Under the pieces are notes generated by a model that saw only the letters and a program-made list of their open reading frames with translations, was not told the DNA's origin and searched no databases. Of a DNA stretch of 64,000 nucleotides, positions 7,377-16,510 are shown piece by piece; positions within the stretch are counted from its first letter, which is position 1; each line of letters begins with the position of its first letter. The position numbers and the translations under genes are program-made. This DNA comes from a virus: positions 1 to 64,000 of the IMG/VR virus record IMGVR_UViG_3300032287_001974; one strand, 5' to 3'.

Positions 7377-7706
7377 ATGGCCACCTATACCCCTAAGAGA
7401 CTCGCTGGACCAGCGCAGCTGACCACCTCTGCTGTTGCTGTTTACACCGCACCTAGCACAGCAGTTATTAAGCAGATTATCATCAATAACACTTCGGCCT
7501 CTGCCGTTGCAGTTACTGCGCACATTCTTCCAGTAAGCGCTTCCGCGAGCGCGGCTAACGCAATTATCAGCTCTCTTACAGTTGCACCTTACTCGCAGCT
7601 TATCTGGGCAGCGGATATCCCAATCACCACAGGTGAAAAGCTATCCATGCTTGCTGCTACCGGGTCAGTGATTACTTATCTAGTAAGCGGAATCGAGATC
7701 GTCTAA
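7377..7706 (+). CDS. Virion fibre-associated beta-sandwich protein
   Basis: YTAPSTAVIKQIIINN...GIEIV pattern common in phage minor structural proteins. Confidence 0.6.
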   Translation: MATYTPKRLAGPAQLTTSAVAVYTAPSTAVIKQIIINNTSASAVAVTAHILPVSASASAANAIISSLTVAPYSQLIWAADIPITTGEKLSMLAATGSVITYLVSGIEIV

Positions 7707-7849
7707 TGGCGCGCCCGGGCGATGTGACCTCTTACGGCACTACAATCCTTACCAGCAATGACGACGGTCAGCGCAACATCTATGTTTCTACCGCCGCACC
7801 TATATCTTCGGACGGTCAAAATGGAGATGTCTGGATCGTCTACGCTTAA
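7706..7849 (+). CDS. 47 aa fibre adaptor peptide (not in track)
   Basis: RNIYVSTAAPISSDGQNGDVWIVY, a P...G..GD.W fibre motif; TAATG coupling. Confidence 0.65.
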   Translation: MARPGDVTSYGTTILTSNDDGQRNIYVSTAAPISSDGQNGDVWIVYA

Positions 7850-7858
7850 GGAGACCCT

Positions 7859-8608
7859 GTGCCTGACGTTTATAGAAGCAAGGTTAAGGTAGGCGGTGTT
7901 TGGTATACCGTTTCCGCTACTTATGTAAAAGTAGCCGGTACTTGGAGAACAGCCACAGGTGTCTACTCTAAAGTAAATGGGGCCTGGGTAACTGCTTACC
8001 CCTATCCTCTTTCTGCCGATACTTCTTTAACTAACCTTAGAGTTAATGGTGTACTGGTCGGTAATGGCGGCACATTTAACGCGGCCACGGGCACAACTTC
8101 AGTATCCATCTCTGCTACCATCGCAGCCGGAGCTACTGCTACTGGCTTAGGTACTGTGTCAGTTGCCTACGCAAACAACCCAAATACCAAGAGCATTGTA
8201 GTAACCGCTGAAAACGGGTCTACCACCGCTACTTATACGGTTAACATCGCAGTAGGAGCTCCTCCGACAGTCACTGTGTACTACAAGTACTGTACTAGCT
8301 CGTCCTCTACGGCGATCACTTCAGGTAGCTACACAGACACTACAACCACAAGTGCAAGCACGGCTTGCGCTAATCGCTACGCACAACTGGGCTATCCATA
8401 CACTTGGCAATGTGGCGCTACCGTCCCCGCTGATCCCGACTGTCTAGCCACTTGTACTTCATGCTGTCAAGATACCGGAACGTTCACCTGTGCCCCCTAC
8501 GGCGTTGGAAGAGTTAGGTACATTTTCCCTCAGTACGACCCCTGCTGCGGCAGAACCTGTCCCGACCGAGTTTACTACGTAGACAACGCGCCTTGCATAG
8601 GCGAGTAG
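7859..8608 (+). CDS. Fibre/spike protein: KVxGxW repeats, cadherin-like beta-sandwich, 12-Cys C-terminal domain
   Basis: KVGGVW/KVAGTW/KVNGAW; SADTSLTNL...IVVTAENGSTTATYTVNI; AAGGAG RBS with GTG start. Confidence 0.7.
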   Translation: MPDVYRSKVKVGGVWYTVSATYVKVAGTWRTATGVYSKVNGAWVTAYPYPLSADTSLTNLRVNGVLVGNGGTFNAATGTTSVSISATIAAGATATGLGTVSVAYANNPNTKSIVVTAENGSTTATYTVNIAVGAPPTVTVYYKYCTSSSSTAITSGSYTDTTTTSASTACANRYAQLGYPYTWQCGATVPADPDCLATCTSCCQDTGTFTCAPYGVGRVRYIFPQYDPCCGRTCPDRVYYVDNAPCIGE

Positions 8609-8629
8609 TTAAAGCTGTATACTTTTACT

Positions 8630-8992
8630 ATGTTTGAAAAAGTAAAGGCAATAGTAGAAATAAAGGTTGGCGATGACCTTGTACAGGCCATTTATATAAC
8701 TGACCTTGACAAAGCCCGCCACTGGCTAATTATTGCCGAGAACCCTGTGCTTATAGTTGAGGTCACAGGTATGGCCTGGGAACCTGCACGCGGCGCTCGC
8801 TGGACCGGCACAGAATTTGAATCGGTGACGCACCACCTACTTCTCCCAGATATGCTGTATTTTGCTTTTGTGGTGGACGGTGTATGTGTGTATGTTGAGT
8901 TGCTAGACCCCTCTTTCACAGAAAAAGCGGCCGTTGCTGCGGCTTATAGAACCGGACCGAGTTTTGAGGTGCACTATGGTCGACCTGAGTGA
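8630..8992 (+). CDS. Putative fibre chaperone, copy 1
   Basis: GARWTGTEF motif; leaderless start 6 nt after TATACT; modules shared with 22350..22739. Confidence 0.55.
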   Translation: MFEKVKAIVEIKVGDDLVQAIYITDLDKARHWLIIAENPVLIVEVTGMAWEPARGARWTGTEFESVTHHLLLPDMLYFAFVVDGVCVYVELLDPSFTEKAAVAAAYRTGPSFEVHYGRPE

Positions 8993-9260
8993 GTGGGAAA
9001 AGTACAAGGCTAACCCCGAAGAGTATTCTAAATCGCTTGTGGAGTCTAGAGCGGGCGAAGTAAGCAAAGAATCTAGGCCCTGGGACTTCCTTAATCCCCA
9101 CACTGAATACGTCTCTAAAGAAGAGGCGGCTATCCGCTTAGACATCTGTAAGTCATGCCCCGAACTTATACAGAGTTTATTGCAGTGTAAAAAGTGCGGC
9201 TGCTTTATGAAAGCCAAAACTATGATTAAGCATTCTGAGTGTCCGCTGCATAAATGGTAA
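8976..9260 (+). CDS. Small Cys-rich (DUF6171-like) protein, copy 1
   Basis: RLDICKSCPEL...QCKKCGCFMKAKT...CPLHKW; ATG at 8976 has a GAGGT RBS. Confidence 0.75.
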   Translation: MVDLSEWEKYKANPEEYSKSLVESRAGEVSKESRPWDFLNPHTEYVSKEEAAIRLDICKSCPELIQSLLQCKKCGCFMKAKTMIKHSECPLHKW

Positions 9261-9346
9261 TTTAGATGTAGGTTCAGGCCACTTGTAAAGTCAAAAAGTG
9301 CGACACTTTTACTAATGCTTTTTGGCCGAACTTAATAGGATTTATA

Positions 9347-9616
9347 ATGACCGTTGCAGAGCTAGCTACCACGCTCGCCGCTTTTGCTACGGTGCTAGCT
9401 TTTGTAGGTACCCTAATTGCGCGAATTATGCGCAACCACACTAATAAGGTCGTCGGCGACTTAATTAAAGAATATCTGTCTGAACTTAAGCCAAACTCCG
9501 GGTCATCCCTTAGAGACGAAGTTAAGTGTATTAGAGATGACATGGTAGACCTTAAAGTCGATATCGCATCCCTTGAAGGCAAGTTCGACCAACACATTAA
9601 AGAAACAAACCGCTAA
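9347..9616 (+). CDS. Single-TM coiled-coil membrane protein (holin/spanin-like)
   Basis: N-terminal TM followed by PNSGSSLRD and a coiled coil, typical of actinophage lysis-associated proteins. Confidence 0.55.
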   Translation: MTVAELATTLAAFATVLAFVGTLIARIMRNHTNKVVGDLIKEYLSELKPNSGSSLRDEVKCIRDDMVDLKVDIASLEGKFDQHIKETNR

Positions 9617-9663
9617 ATCTGGTAGACTAGGTCTACTAATTCATTTAACTACTAAGGAATCCT

Positions 9664-9903
9664 ATGAACTGCGCTAATTGCCCAGAACCAGCTTTATACA
9701 AAATTGATCCTGTAGTAGCAAACGTTCGCTACTACTGTGAGAAGCACCTTCCACTTACCTACCAGGCACAGGCACACCTGGGGCTGTTTCCGCTAGATGA
9801 GCCGGCAGTCACCTCTTCTAAGAAGAAGTCGACTCCTGCAGTCGAAGAGGATCCAGTGGAAGAGCCTGTTGCAGAAGAAGCTTCTTCAGACGAAACCGAA
9901 TAA
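9664..9903 (+). CDS. Small zinc-finger protein with acidic tail
   Basis: CANC...YCEKH. Confidence 0.65.
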   Translation: MNCANCPEPALYKIDPVVANVRYYCEKHLPLTYQAQAHLGLFPLDEPAVTSSKKKSTPAVEEDPVEEPVAEEASSDETE

Positions 9904-10166
9904 TGAAAATTATTCGGGTACAGGCTGTGCAAGCCCACCCAGTGCCCAAAAGGGTACACGAGCCTTACGGCCCATTTCCGGTAGAGTTATTTGATGAGCC
10001 GGAAATTGTTTACGATTACGCTAGCGAAGATGACGACGGCTCGTCTAGTCTAGAACCTGGCGCAACCGCCCAAAATAATTACAGACCTGCTCGTTATTTT
10101 AGATGCCGACACTGCGACCTTCGCGTAACGGAAGAAGAAATAGAAGCCCACATCTGCGGAGAATAA
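9903..10166 (+). CDS. Hypothetical protein with C-terminal zinc finger
   Basis: CRHC...HIC. Confidence 0.65.
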   Translation: MKIIRVQAVQAHPVPKRVHEPYGPFPVELFDEPEIVYDYASEDDDGSSSLEPGATAQNNYRPARYFRCRHCDLRVTEEEIEAHICGE

Positions 10167-10670
10167 ATGGCTAAAAGACCAAGCATACCTAGCTGGGATG
10201 AGATCAGCCGGGGTGCGGGAGTATCTAAGGCTTGGGAAAATACCTTCCTACCACCTAAGCCGTCTACCCCGTCAGAGTGGCGTGAAACGATGATGGCGGA
10301 AGTATCCCCGCAGCCAGATGAGGGATTCGAGACCATGGACCCGGGCGGGGCCGGCTTGTCGGTAACCTCTTCTTCTAATCCAGACAGACCTCGCACATTA
10401 CAGGCCGGGTATGACTACAACACGGGCACTATGACTGTAATCTTTAGAGACGGCACATGGTGGGAGTACCGAGAAGTACCGGCCTCAATGTGGCTAAGCT
10501 TTAACTCTGCCCCGTCTAAGGGAAAGTTTTTGCGTAGTTCTGGGCTAGATAACTGGGGTGACATGGGCCCGGCAGATGTTACTAACATGCCTCGACACCG
10601 TCGCGCTCAAATGAACGATGTACAAAAATTTGCAGATTACATGTATCCTAGTAATAAACCGAATCAATAA
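10167..10670 (+). CDS. KTSC domain protein
   Basis: GYDYNTGTMTVIFRDG..WEYREVP...SAPSKGKF. Confidence 0.8.
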   Translation: MAKRPSIPSWDEISRGAGVSKAWENTFLPPKPSTPSEWRETMMAEVSPQPDEGFETMDPGGAGLSVTSSSNPDRPRTLQAGYDYNTGTMTVIFRDGTWWEYREVPASMWLSFNSAPSKGKFLRSSGLDNWGDMGPADVTNMPRHRRAQMNDVQKFADYMYPSNKPNQ

Positions 10671-10679
10671 AGGAACCCA

Positions 10680-10967
10680 ATGAAATCAATCGGATCAGTA
10701 TACGTAGACACCTTAAAACTAAAACACCCTGTACGCCCCGTCTTTGAGTGGGGCTGGTCACAAGAAACAGAGGAGCCGTTCCGAGAGAGCGCTGTCTGTG
10801 TCGTACTCTGGGTACCCTTCGTTCCCCGCGGTTACGCATTTGGTATCTGGGGCAAACCAGTTCACGAAGACATAGCACTGCAGAAAGCCATCAAAGCTTT
10901 TGACAAAGCACCTAAGCCGGAGGAGATCAAGACCTGGCAAAAGGTAGGCGAGCTTGAAGATTTTTAA
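10680..10967 (+). CDS. Hypothetical protein
   Basis: AAGGA RBS. Confidence 0.65.
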   Translation: MKSIGSVYVDTLKLKHPVRPVFEWGWSQETEEPFRESAVCVVLWVPFVPRGYAFGIWGKPVHEDIALQKAIKAFDKAPKPEEIKTWQKVGELEDF

Positions 10968-11202
10968 TAGCCGCCGAAAATGGGACAAGCCCTTCTCAGA
11001 GAGAATCTCTAAGCGGGTGTCTCGCATACCTACAAACGATCTAACCGTATGGCTAGACCAAGCTATCTATGAGCTAGGTAGATTGACCAGCGCGTATGAA
11101 AGAAATCCGGGAAAAGAAAGTGCCGGAGAATTACTTACAGCTGCAGAGGCCGTACATGCCGTTACAAACGAATTAAATAAAAGAATTACCCCCCTACTTT
11201 AA
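10954..11202 (+). CDS. Hypothetical helical protein
   Basis: 82 aa ORF upstream of the terminase. Confidence 0.6.
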   Translation: MKIFNSRRKWDKPFSERISKRVSRIPTNDLTVWLDQAIYELGRLTSAYERNPGKESAGELLTAAEAVHAVTNELNKRITPLL

Positions 11203-11235
11203 TACTTTACTATTTAGTTCTGCTATTATTAAATA

Positions 11236-11304
11236 GCCAACCTCCTCTCTCCCGTGTGGCACTTAGTAACCCTGAGTCGTGTTGGCTCAGGGTTACTTAT
11301 TTTT
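11236..11304 (+). ncRNA. Candidate sRNA/attenuator with anti-SD loop
   Basis: Extended -10 TGCTATTAT at 11221-11229; GCCA-ACCTCCTCTCTCCCGTG-TGGC hairpin; 14-bp terminator stem at 11265-11297. Confidence 0.45.
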
Positions 11305-11316
11305 AAGGTGTATTAA

Positions 11317-12897
11317 ATGAGCGATTTAGAAGATTTCTACGAAGACGACTTCGAGGAGCAAGACGGCCCCGAGGAAGAACTCATTGATGAGTACGACGAC
11401 GGGCTAGACGAACTATCCCGTGAGTTTGTAGAGACTCTCGTCGATAAAATCATGATATTTATGAAGGCCCTAGTAGGCCACGATTTGCGCGCCTACCAAA
11501 AGCCGCTGGCTCGCCGATTAATCGAATCGGTAATCATTAATGACGGCGAAGAGATTACGGCACTGGCCTCTCGTCAGTCAGGTAAGTCTGAGACAGTAGC
11601 CGACACCGTAGCAGCCCTTATGGTAATCCTCCCTCGCTTAGCTAAGATGTACCCTGATTTGTTAGGTCGGTTTAAAGACGGTCTGTGGGTAGGCCTGTTT
11701 GCCCCTGTAGAGGGCCAGGCAGAAACATTGTTTAGCCGTGTTATCTCACGACTTACCAGCGACCATGCCCTTGAGATTCTGGGAGACCCAGAGATCGATG
11801 ACGAGGCTAAGAAGGTGGCGGGTGTTACTAAGCAGGTCAGGCTAAAGAACTCGGGCTCCAGCGTTATGATGATGACGGCTAACCCACGGGCAAAGATTGA
11901 GTCTAAAACCTTCCACCTAATTGTTATCGATGAGTGTCAAGGCGCTGACGACTTTATTGTGGCTAAATCTATTGGCCCAATGCTTGCGTCTACTAACGGT
12001 ACTATGGTTAAAACAGGGACCCCAAGCACCCAGAAAAACAATTTCTATCGCGCTATACAGATGAACAAGCGCAGACAAACAGGCCGCGGATCAAAGCAAA
12101 ACCACTTCCAATGGGACTGGAAAGATGTATCTAAAGTCAGCGTAGAGTACGGCAAGTTTATTAAGAAAGAGTCGCTGCGCATTGGTGAAGACTCTGACGA
12201 GTTCCAGATGTCGTACAACTGCAAGTGGCTTCTAGAGCGCGGCATGTTTGTAACCTCAAGCGTTATGGACGAGCTGGGCGACACATCACAAGAAGTTGTG
12301 AAAGCCTGGCATAGAACTGCTTGTGTAGTGGGGATCGACCCCGCGCGTAAGATGGACTCTACTGTAGTAACTGTGCTATGGGTAGACTGGGACCGCCCAG
12401 ACGAGTTCGGTTATTTTGACCACCGAATTCTAAACTGGCTAGAGATTCAAGGTGACGATTGGGAAGATCAATATTTCCAGATAGTAAATTTCCTAGAGAA
12501 CTACAATGTATTAGCTGTGGGCGTAGACGCCAACGGAGTTGGAGATGCTGTAGCCCAGCGTCTGAGGCTACTGTTGCCCCGTTCAGAGGTGTACTCAATT
12601 GGGTCGAGTCAGCCAGAGCAGTCGAAACGCTGGAAACACCTAAAACAGTTGCTGGACCGAAGAATGGTAGGGTGGCCCGCCCACGCTAAGACGAGGCGAC
12701 TACGTACCTGGAAGCGCTTTTACCAGCAGATGACCGATCTAGAGACTAAGTTCACCGGGCCCAACTTCCTAGCCCACGCTCCAGAAGAAGCCCACGCTCA
12801 CGATGACTACGCTGACAGCCTGGCTATTGCGGTGTCTTTGACTATAGATTTGACTATGCCGCAGGTAGAAGTTTCCTCCTCACCATTTTTTAGATAA
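11317..12897 (+). CDS. terL: Terminase large subunit
   Basis: ASRQSGKS Walker A, LIVIDE Walker B, GTP coupling motif, GIDPA and HDDYADS nuclease motifs. Confidence 0.95.
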   Translation: MSDLEDFYEDDFEEQDGPEEELIDEYDDGLDELSREFVETLVDKIMIFMKALVGHDLRAYQKPLARRLIESVIINDGEEITALASRQSGKSETVADTVAALMVILPRLAKMYPDLLGRFKDGLWVGLFAPVEGQAETLFSRVISRLTSDHALEILGDPEIDDEAKKVAGVTKQVRLKNSGSSVMMMTANPRAKIESKTFHLIVIDECQGADDFIVAKSIGPMLASTNGTMVKTGTPSTQKNNFYRAIQMNKRRQTGRGSKQNHFQWDWKDVSKVSVEYGKFIKKESLRIGEDSDEFQMSYNCKWLLERGMFVTSSVMDELGDTSQEVVKAWHRTACVVGIDPARKMDSTVVTVLWVDWDRPDEFGYFDHRILNWLEIQGDDWEDQYFQIVNFLENYNVLAVGVDANGVGDAVAQRLRLLLPRSEVYSIGSSQPEQSKRWKHLKQLLDRRMVGWPAHAKTRRLRTWKRFYQQMTDLETKFTGPNFLAHAPEEAHAHDDYADSLAIAVSLTIDLTMPQVEVSSSPFFR

Positions 12898-12903
12898 ATT
12901 GCG

Positions 12904-12938
12904 TTTATCCTGCAAAATAATTAGTTTCGGGCAACACT
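12904..12938 (+). promoter_or_regulatory. Putative late promoter TTTATCCTG-N20-AACACT
   Basis: Member of the repeated motif family. Confidence 0.6.
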
Positions 12939-12972
12939 TGTATGGAGGCCTCAACCTTTTAGGAGAATATTC

Positions 12973-13371
12973 ATGTCAATAGCCCCAGCCCCAAAGTTCC
13001 CAGAGAAGCCGGGAACAACTTACGACCGTAAGGTATCTGCAGCAGTTCCTGGCCAGCGCGGCCCACTTCGTTTTGAAGAGGGTATCGGCACTGACACAGA
13101 CGTTCCAAACGAATTCTCGCGTGGAGCAATGCAGGGCTACATGCCAGCACCAGGTCGCCCAAACCGCAACCAGGCTGTCCACACAAAGACTGCTGAAGAG
13201 ACCATGAGCGAACGTGCTCACGTCGGTTCAGCATCGTGGGTAGAAGCACCTGATTTCCTTCAGGAATTCTCTAGCGGTTCGTTCCAGGACTATGGTCAGA
13301 ACACTTACGAAGAGAAGTTCGTAAGCGGTACTCACCAGCAGCACCCAAACCCTGCTCAGGTCCAGGACTAG
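12973..13371 (+). CDS. Probable virion protein
   Basis: AGGAG RBS, biased codon usage, followed by a hairpin; lies between terL and portal. Confidence 0.7.
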   Translation: MSIAPAPKFPEKPGTTYDRKVSAAVPGQRGPLRFEEGIGTDTDVPNEFSRGAMQGYMPAPGRPNRNQAVHTKTAEETMSERAHVGSASWVEAPDFLQEFSSGSFQDYGQNTYEEKFVSGTHQQHPNPAQVQD

Positions 13372-13442
13372 TAATTGCTTATTGCCCTCGCTCGCTGCTA
13401 ATAGCGGCGGGCGGGGTGTAATAGCATCTAAGGTGGTGTGTT

Positions 13443-13742
13443 ATGGCTCTAATTAAAGGCCAAGAAGTAAAGGAAACTCCTAGACAGATTCCTGCTAACC
13501 CTAAGCTGTGGAACATGACCACCACACAAGCAAAAGTTAGATTTCCTAAATACCCTTCACCTGCAGCGGCTCACTGGGTGCACTCACGTTATATGCAACT
13601 AGGCGGCCGCTTTGTCGATTCCGAGAAGGATGTAGACCCTAGATTCCGAGACTACGCCCAGGAAAAGATGGATAAGCAGGAAGAGAAAGCTAAAGTCAAA
13701 GTCACTAAAAAAGTGACCAAAAACGTCACTAAAAAACTGTAA
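13443..13742 (+). CDS. Basic hypothetical protein
   Basis: PANPKLW...YPSPAAAHW...LGGRF motif. Confidence 0.7.
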   Translation: MALIKGQEVKETPRQIPANPKLWNMTTTQAKVRFPKYPSPAAAHWVHSRYMQLGGRFVDSEKDVDPRFRDYAQEKMDKQEEKAKVKVTKKVTKNVTKKL

Positions 13743-13830
13743 ACACTCTGAACTACAAATATTTAATTACGATACACTTTAGGTGTAAAATAAAACAATG
13801 CTGATTACAACCCCGGAAGCACGCTAAAGC

Positions 13831-15537
13831 ATGTCAATTGATTTTTCCCCACCAAGCTATAGAGCTGCGTCTTCCGACCTTACCATCTCCATTTCCCCAC
13901 TGGGTCTTGTTGAGCTTGCTGATGAAGAGTTTGAGGTTCACGGTCCTCGTCTAAACCGTTACTCACTAAACTGGGCCATGTACCTAGGCCACCACACTTC
14001 TTACCGCCGCCAGGCCGGCGAATCCTCTATTGTTCTAAATTACTACCGAGCAATCACAGACTTTATTATTAACTTCACCTTTAGCAAGGGCGTACAGTTC
14101 CGCAGCGAGAAGGCCACCGAAGCTATCCTCCCAGCCCTGCTAGAGCGCGTTTGGGAAGTGGACAACAACAAAGCCACCGTCCTTTGGGAGATCGGTCAGC
14201 AGGGCGGTGTGTCAGGCGACTGCTTTATCAAGGTTGCGTACGAAGAGGGCTACCAAGACCCAGCTGGAATGATCCACCCTGGCCGTGTTCGCATCCTTCC
14301 CCTTAACTCTTCTTTTGCCTTCCCTGAGTTCCACCCTCACGACCGCGAGCGCCTCATCCGTTTTAAGCTCAAGTACCGCTTCTGGGGAACCTCGCTAGAA
14401 GGTACTCGTCAGGTCTATACCTACACTGAGATTCTTACTGACGACATGATCGAAGAGTATATTAACGACGAGTTGATCGACTCACGCCCTAACCCACTCG
14501 GCGTTATCCCAATCATTCACATCCCTAACGTACGTGTTTCTGGCTCTCCTTGGGGCCTTAGTGACTGCAACGAGATTATCAATATCAACCGCACATACAA
14601 CGAGGTTGCTACCGACATCGCCGACATCGTGAACTACCACGCTGCTCCTGTGACTGTTATTACAGGTGCTAAGGCTAGCCAGCTTGAGAAGGGCGCTAAC
14701 AAGGTTTGGGGCGGCCTTCCAAAGGACGCTAAGGTAATGAACCTTGAGGGCGGCGGCACAGGCCTCAAGGGCGCTATGGATTTCATGGATCGTCTAAAAA
14801 AGGCCATGCACGAAATGACTGGTGTGCCTGAAACGGCACTTGGTCAAGCACAGCCTATTTCAAACACCTCGGGCGTTGCGCTATCTATTCAGTTCCAGCC
14901 TTTGATGAACCGCTACCACCAGAAGATTGTGCAGTACGCGCACGGCCTAGAGCGCATTAATGAGCTTGTACTTAAGACCCTCGCTATTAAAGAGCCAGAA
15001 ACCTTTATCTTTGACCCTGACAGCGAGACTCCACCTAAGCCTGACCAGCTTATTCAGCTTGACCCTAACGACCCGCACACGTACCGCACCTACTGCCACT
15101 TCCCTCCACCGCTACCGCTAGACAAACTAATTGTGTTGAACGAAATTCAGTCGCTTCTATCCCTCGGCCTTCAGTCTAAGGAAGGCGCTTTGCGTGACCT
15201 TGGCGAGGAGTTCCCAGAGTCGAAGCTCCAGGAAATTCGTCAGGAGCTTATTGACGACGCCCTAGCAGAGGGTTCTCTAAACCTTATTAAGACAGAGATT
15301 CAAAACGAGATCATGTCGCTTACAGGAATGGCCACTGGACCTGACGGACAGGCTACCCCGGCTGCACCTGAGCAAGTTGCTATGGCTGAACAAGCCGCTG
15401 CCAGCACCCAAGTCCTAGACCCGGCTATTCTCGATAACCTACGCTTAGGTGAGCAAAAAGTCAGAACACGACTTGTCACCGAGGCTTACGGAACTCGTCT
15501 CCCACAGAGACAGGTACCGCAAGATTATGAGAAATAA
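13831..15537 (+). CDS. Portal protein (SPP1 gp6-like)
   Basis: Position and size; NPLGVIPIIHIPN, G.SD and SGVALSIQFQPL motifs. Confidence 0.9.
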   Translation: MSIDFSPPSYRAASSDLTISISPLGLVELADEEFEVHGPRLNRYSLNWAMYLGHHTSYRRQAGESSIVLNYYRAITDFIINFTFSKGVQFRSEKATEAILPALLERVWEVDNNKATVLWEIGQQGGVSGDCFIKVAYEEGYQDPAGMIHPGRVRILPLNSSFAFPEFHPHDRERLIRFKLKYRFWGTSLEGTRQVYTYTEILTDDMIEEYINDELIDSRPNPLGVIPIIHIPNVRVSGSPWGLSDCNEIININRTYNEVATDIADIVNYHAAPVTVITGAKASQLEKGANKVWGGLPKDAKVMNLEGGGTGLKGAMDFMDRLKKAMHEMTGVPETALGQAQPISNTSGVALSIQFQPLMNRYHQKIVQYAHGLERINELVLKTLAIKEPETFIFDPDSETPPKPDQLIQLDPNDPHTYRTYCHFPPPLPLDKLIVLNEIQSLLSLGLQSKEGALRDLGEEFPESKLQEIRQELIDDALAEGSLNLIKTEIQNEIMSLTGMATGPDGQATPAAPEQVAMAEQAAASTQVLDPAILDNLRLGEQKVRTRLVTEAYGTRLPQRQVPQDYEK

Positions 15538-15543
15538 TTAGGG

Positions 15544-15579
15544 TTTAGCACCAAAAAAACAAAAGTGTCAAGTCATACT
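15544..15579 (+). promoter_or_regulatory. Putative late promoter TTTAGCACC-N21-CATACT
   Basis: Repeated motif, upstream of scaffold and capsid. Confidence 0.6.
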
Positions 15580-15661
15580 TGATATTGAAAACCATTGAGT
15601 GGTCATACGAGCTACGCACTTAGGTGCATTTGGAAAACGACCTAGAGAATAAAGGAAATAT

Positions 15662-16471
15662 ATGAGCACAGCAGAAACCCCATCAGCTGCTGCAGAGGCT
15701 TTTGAAGCCGAAGCAGGAGTAACTCCGGTCGTAGTAAGCCCTGACGCTGACGCGTCAACTGCTACGGACACGTCTACCTTCACCCAGGCACAGACCGAGA
15801 AGTCATCGAAGTTTTACACTGACGACGACCTCGCTAAGGTTCGAGCACAGGAGAAGGACAAGCTCTACCCTCAGATCGAGAAGTACAAGGCAGAACTCGA
15901 AGAGCTGAAGAAGCTCCGAGACGAAGAAGTCCAGTCTAAGCTCGCTGAGAAAGAGGCCAGAGACGCGGAAGCCCGCGCCAAGGCCGAGGCAGAGATGGAC
16001 GTTCGAGACCTTCTAAAGCAGAAGGAGCAGGAGTTCAACGAGCAGTTGGAGCGTGAGCGCCAGGAGCGCGAACGCCTATTTGCAACGCTGGAGCGTGAGA
16101 AGCAATTTGCTGACATCCAGTCTTTCAAGACAGAAGTTTTGGAAGCTGAGCGGGAAAACATCATTCCCGAACTATTGGATCTTGTAGGCGGAAACACCCG
16201 CGAAGAGATCGCACAGAGCATCGAGGGCTTGAAAGAGCGCTCAGCTCGAATCCTGGAGAGTGCTCAAGCAGCAATGCAGAACGCTCGTAAGGAAATGAAG
16301 GGAACGAGCGTAACAACTCCTCCCGCCGGGCCAATGGACATTAATTCGGAGCAACGTAACTACACGGCTGATGAAATCGCAGCCATGCCGATGAACGAAT
16401 ACGCTAAATATCGACAGCGCCTACTGAGCCCAACAGCTCAGGGACGCTCCCAGGGACTGTTCGGAAACTAA
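15662..16471 (+). CDS. Capsid scaffolding protein
   Basis: Glu/Lys-rich coiled coil directly before the capsid gene; C-terminal IAAMPMNEYAKYR helix. Confidence 0.85.
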   Translation: MSTAETPSAAAEAFEAEAGVTPVVVSPDADASTATDTSTFTQAQTEKSSKFYTDDDLAKVRAQEKDKLYPQIEKYKAELEELKKLRDEEVQSKLAEKEARDAEARAKAEAEMDVRDLLKQKEQEFNEQLERERQERERLFATLEREKQFADIQSFKTEVLEAERENIIPELLDLVGGNTREEIAQSIEGLKERSARILESAQAAMQNARKEMKGTSVTTPPAGPMDINSEQRNYTADEIAAMPMNEYAKYRQRLLSPTAQGRSQGLFGN

Positions 16472-16510
16472 CCCAACCTCAACCACTAAGTCTTTAAGGA
16501 GACCCCCACA

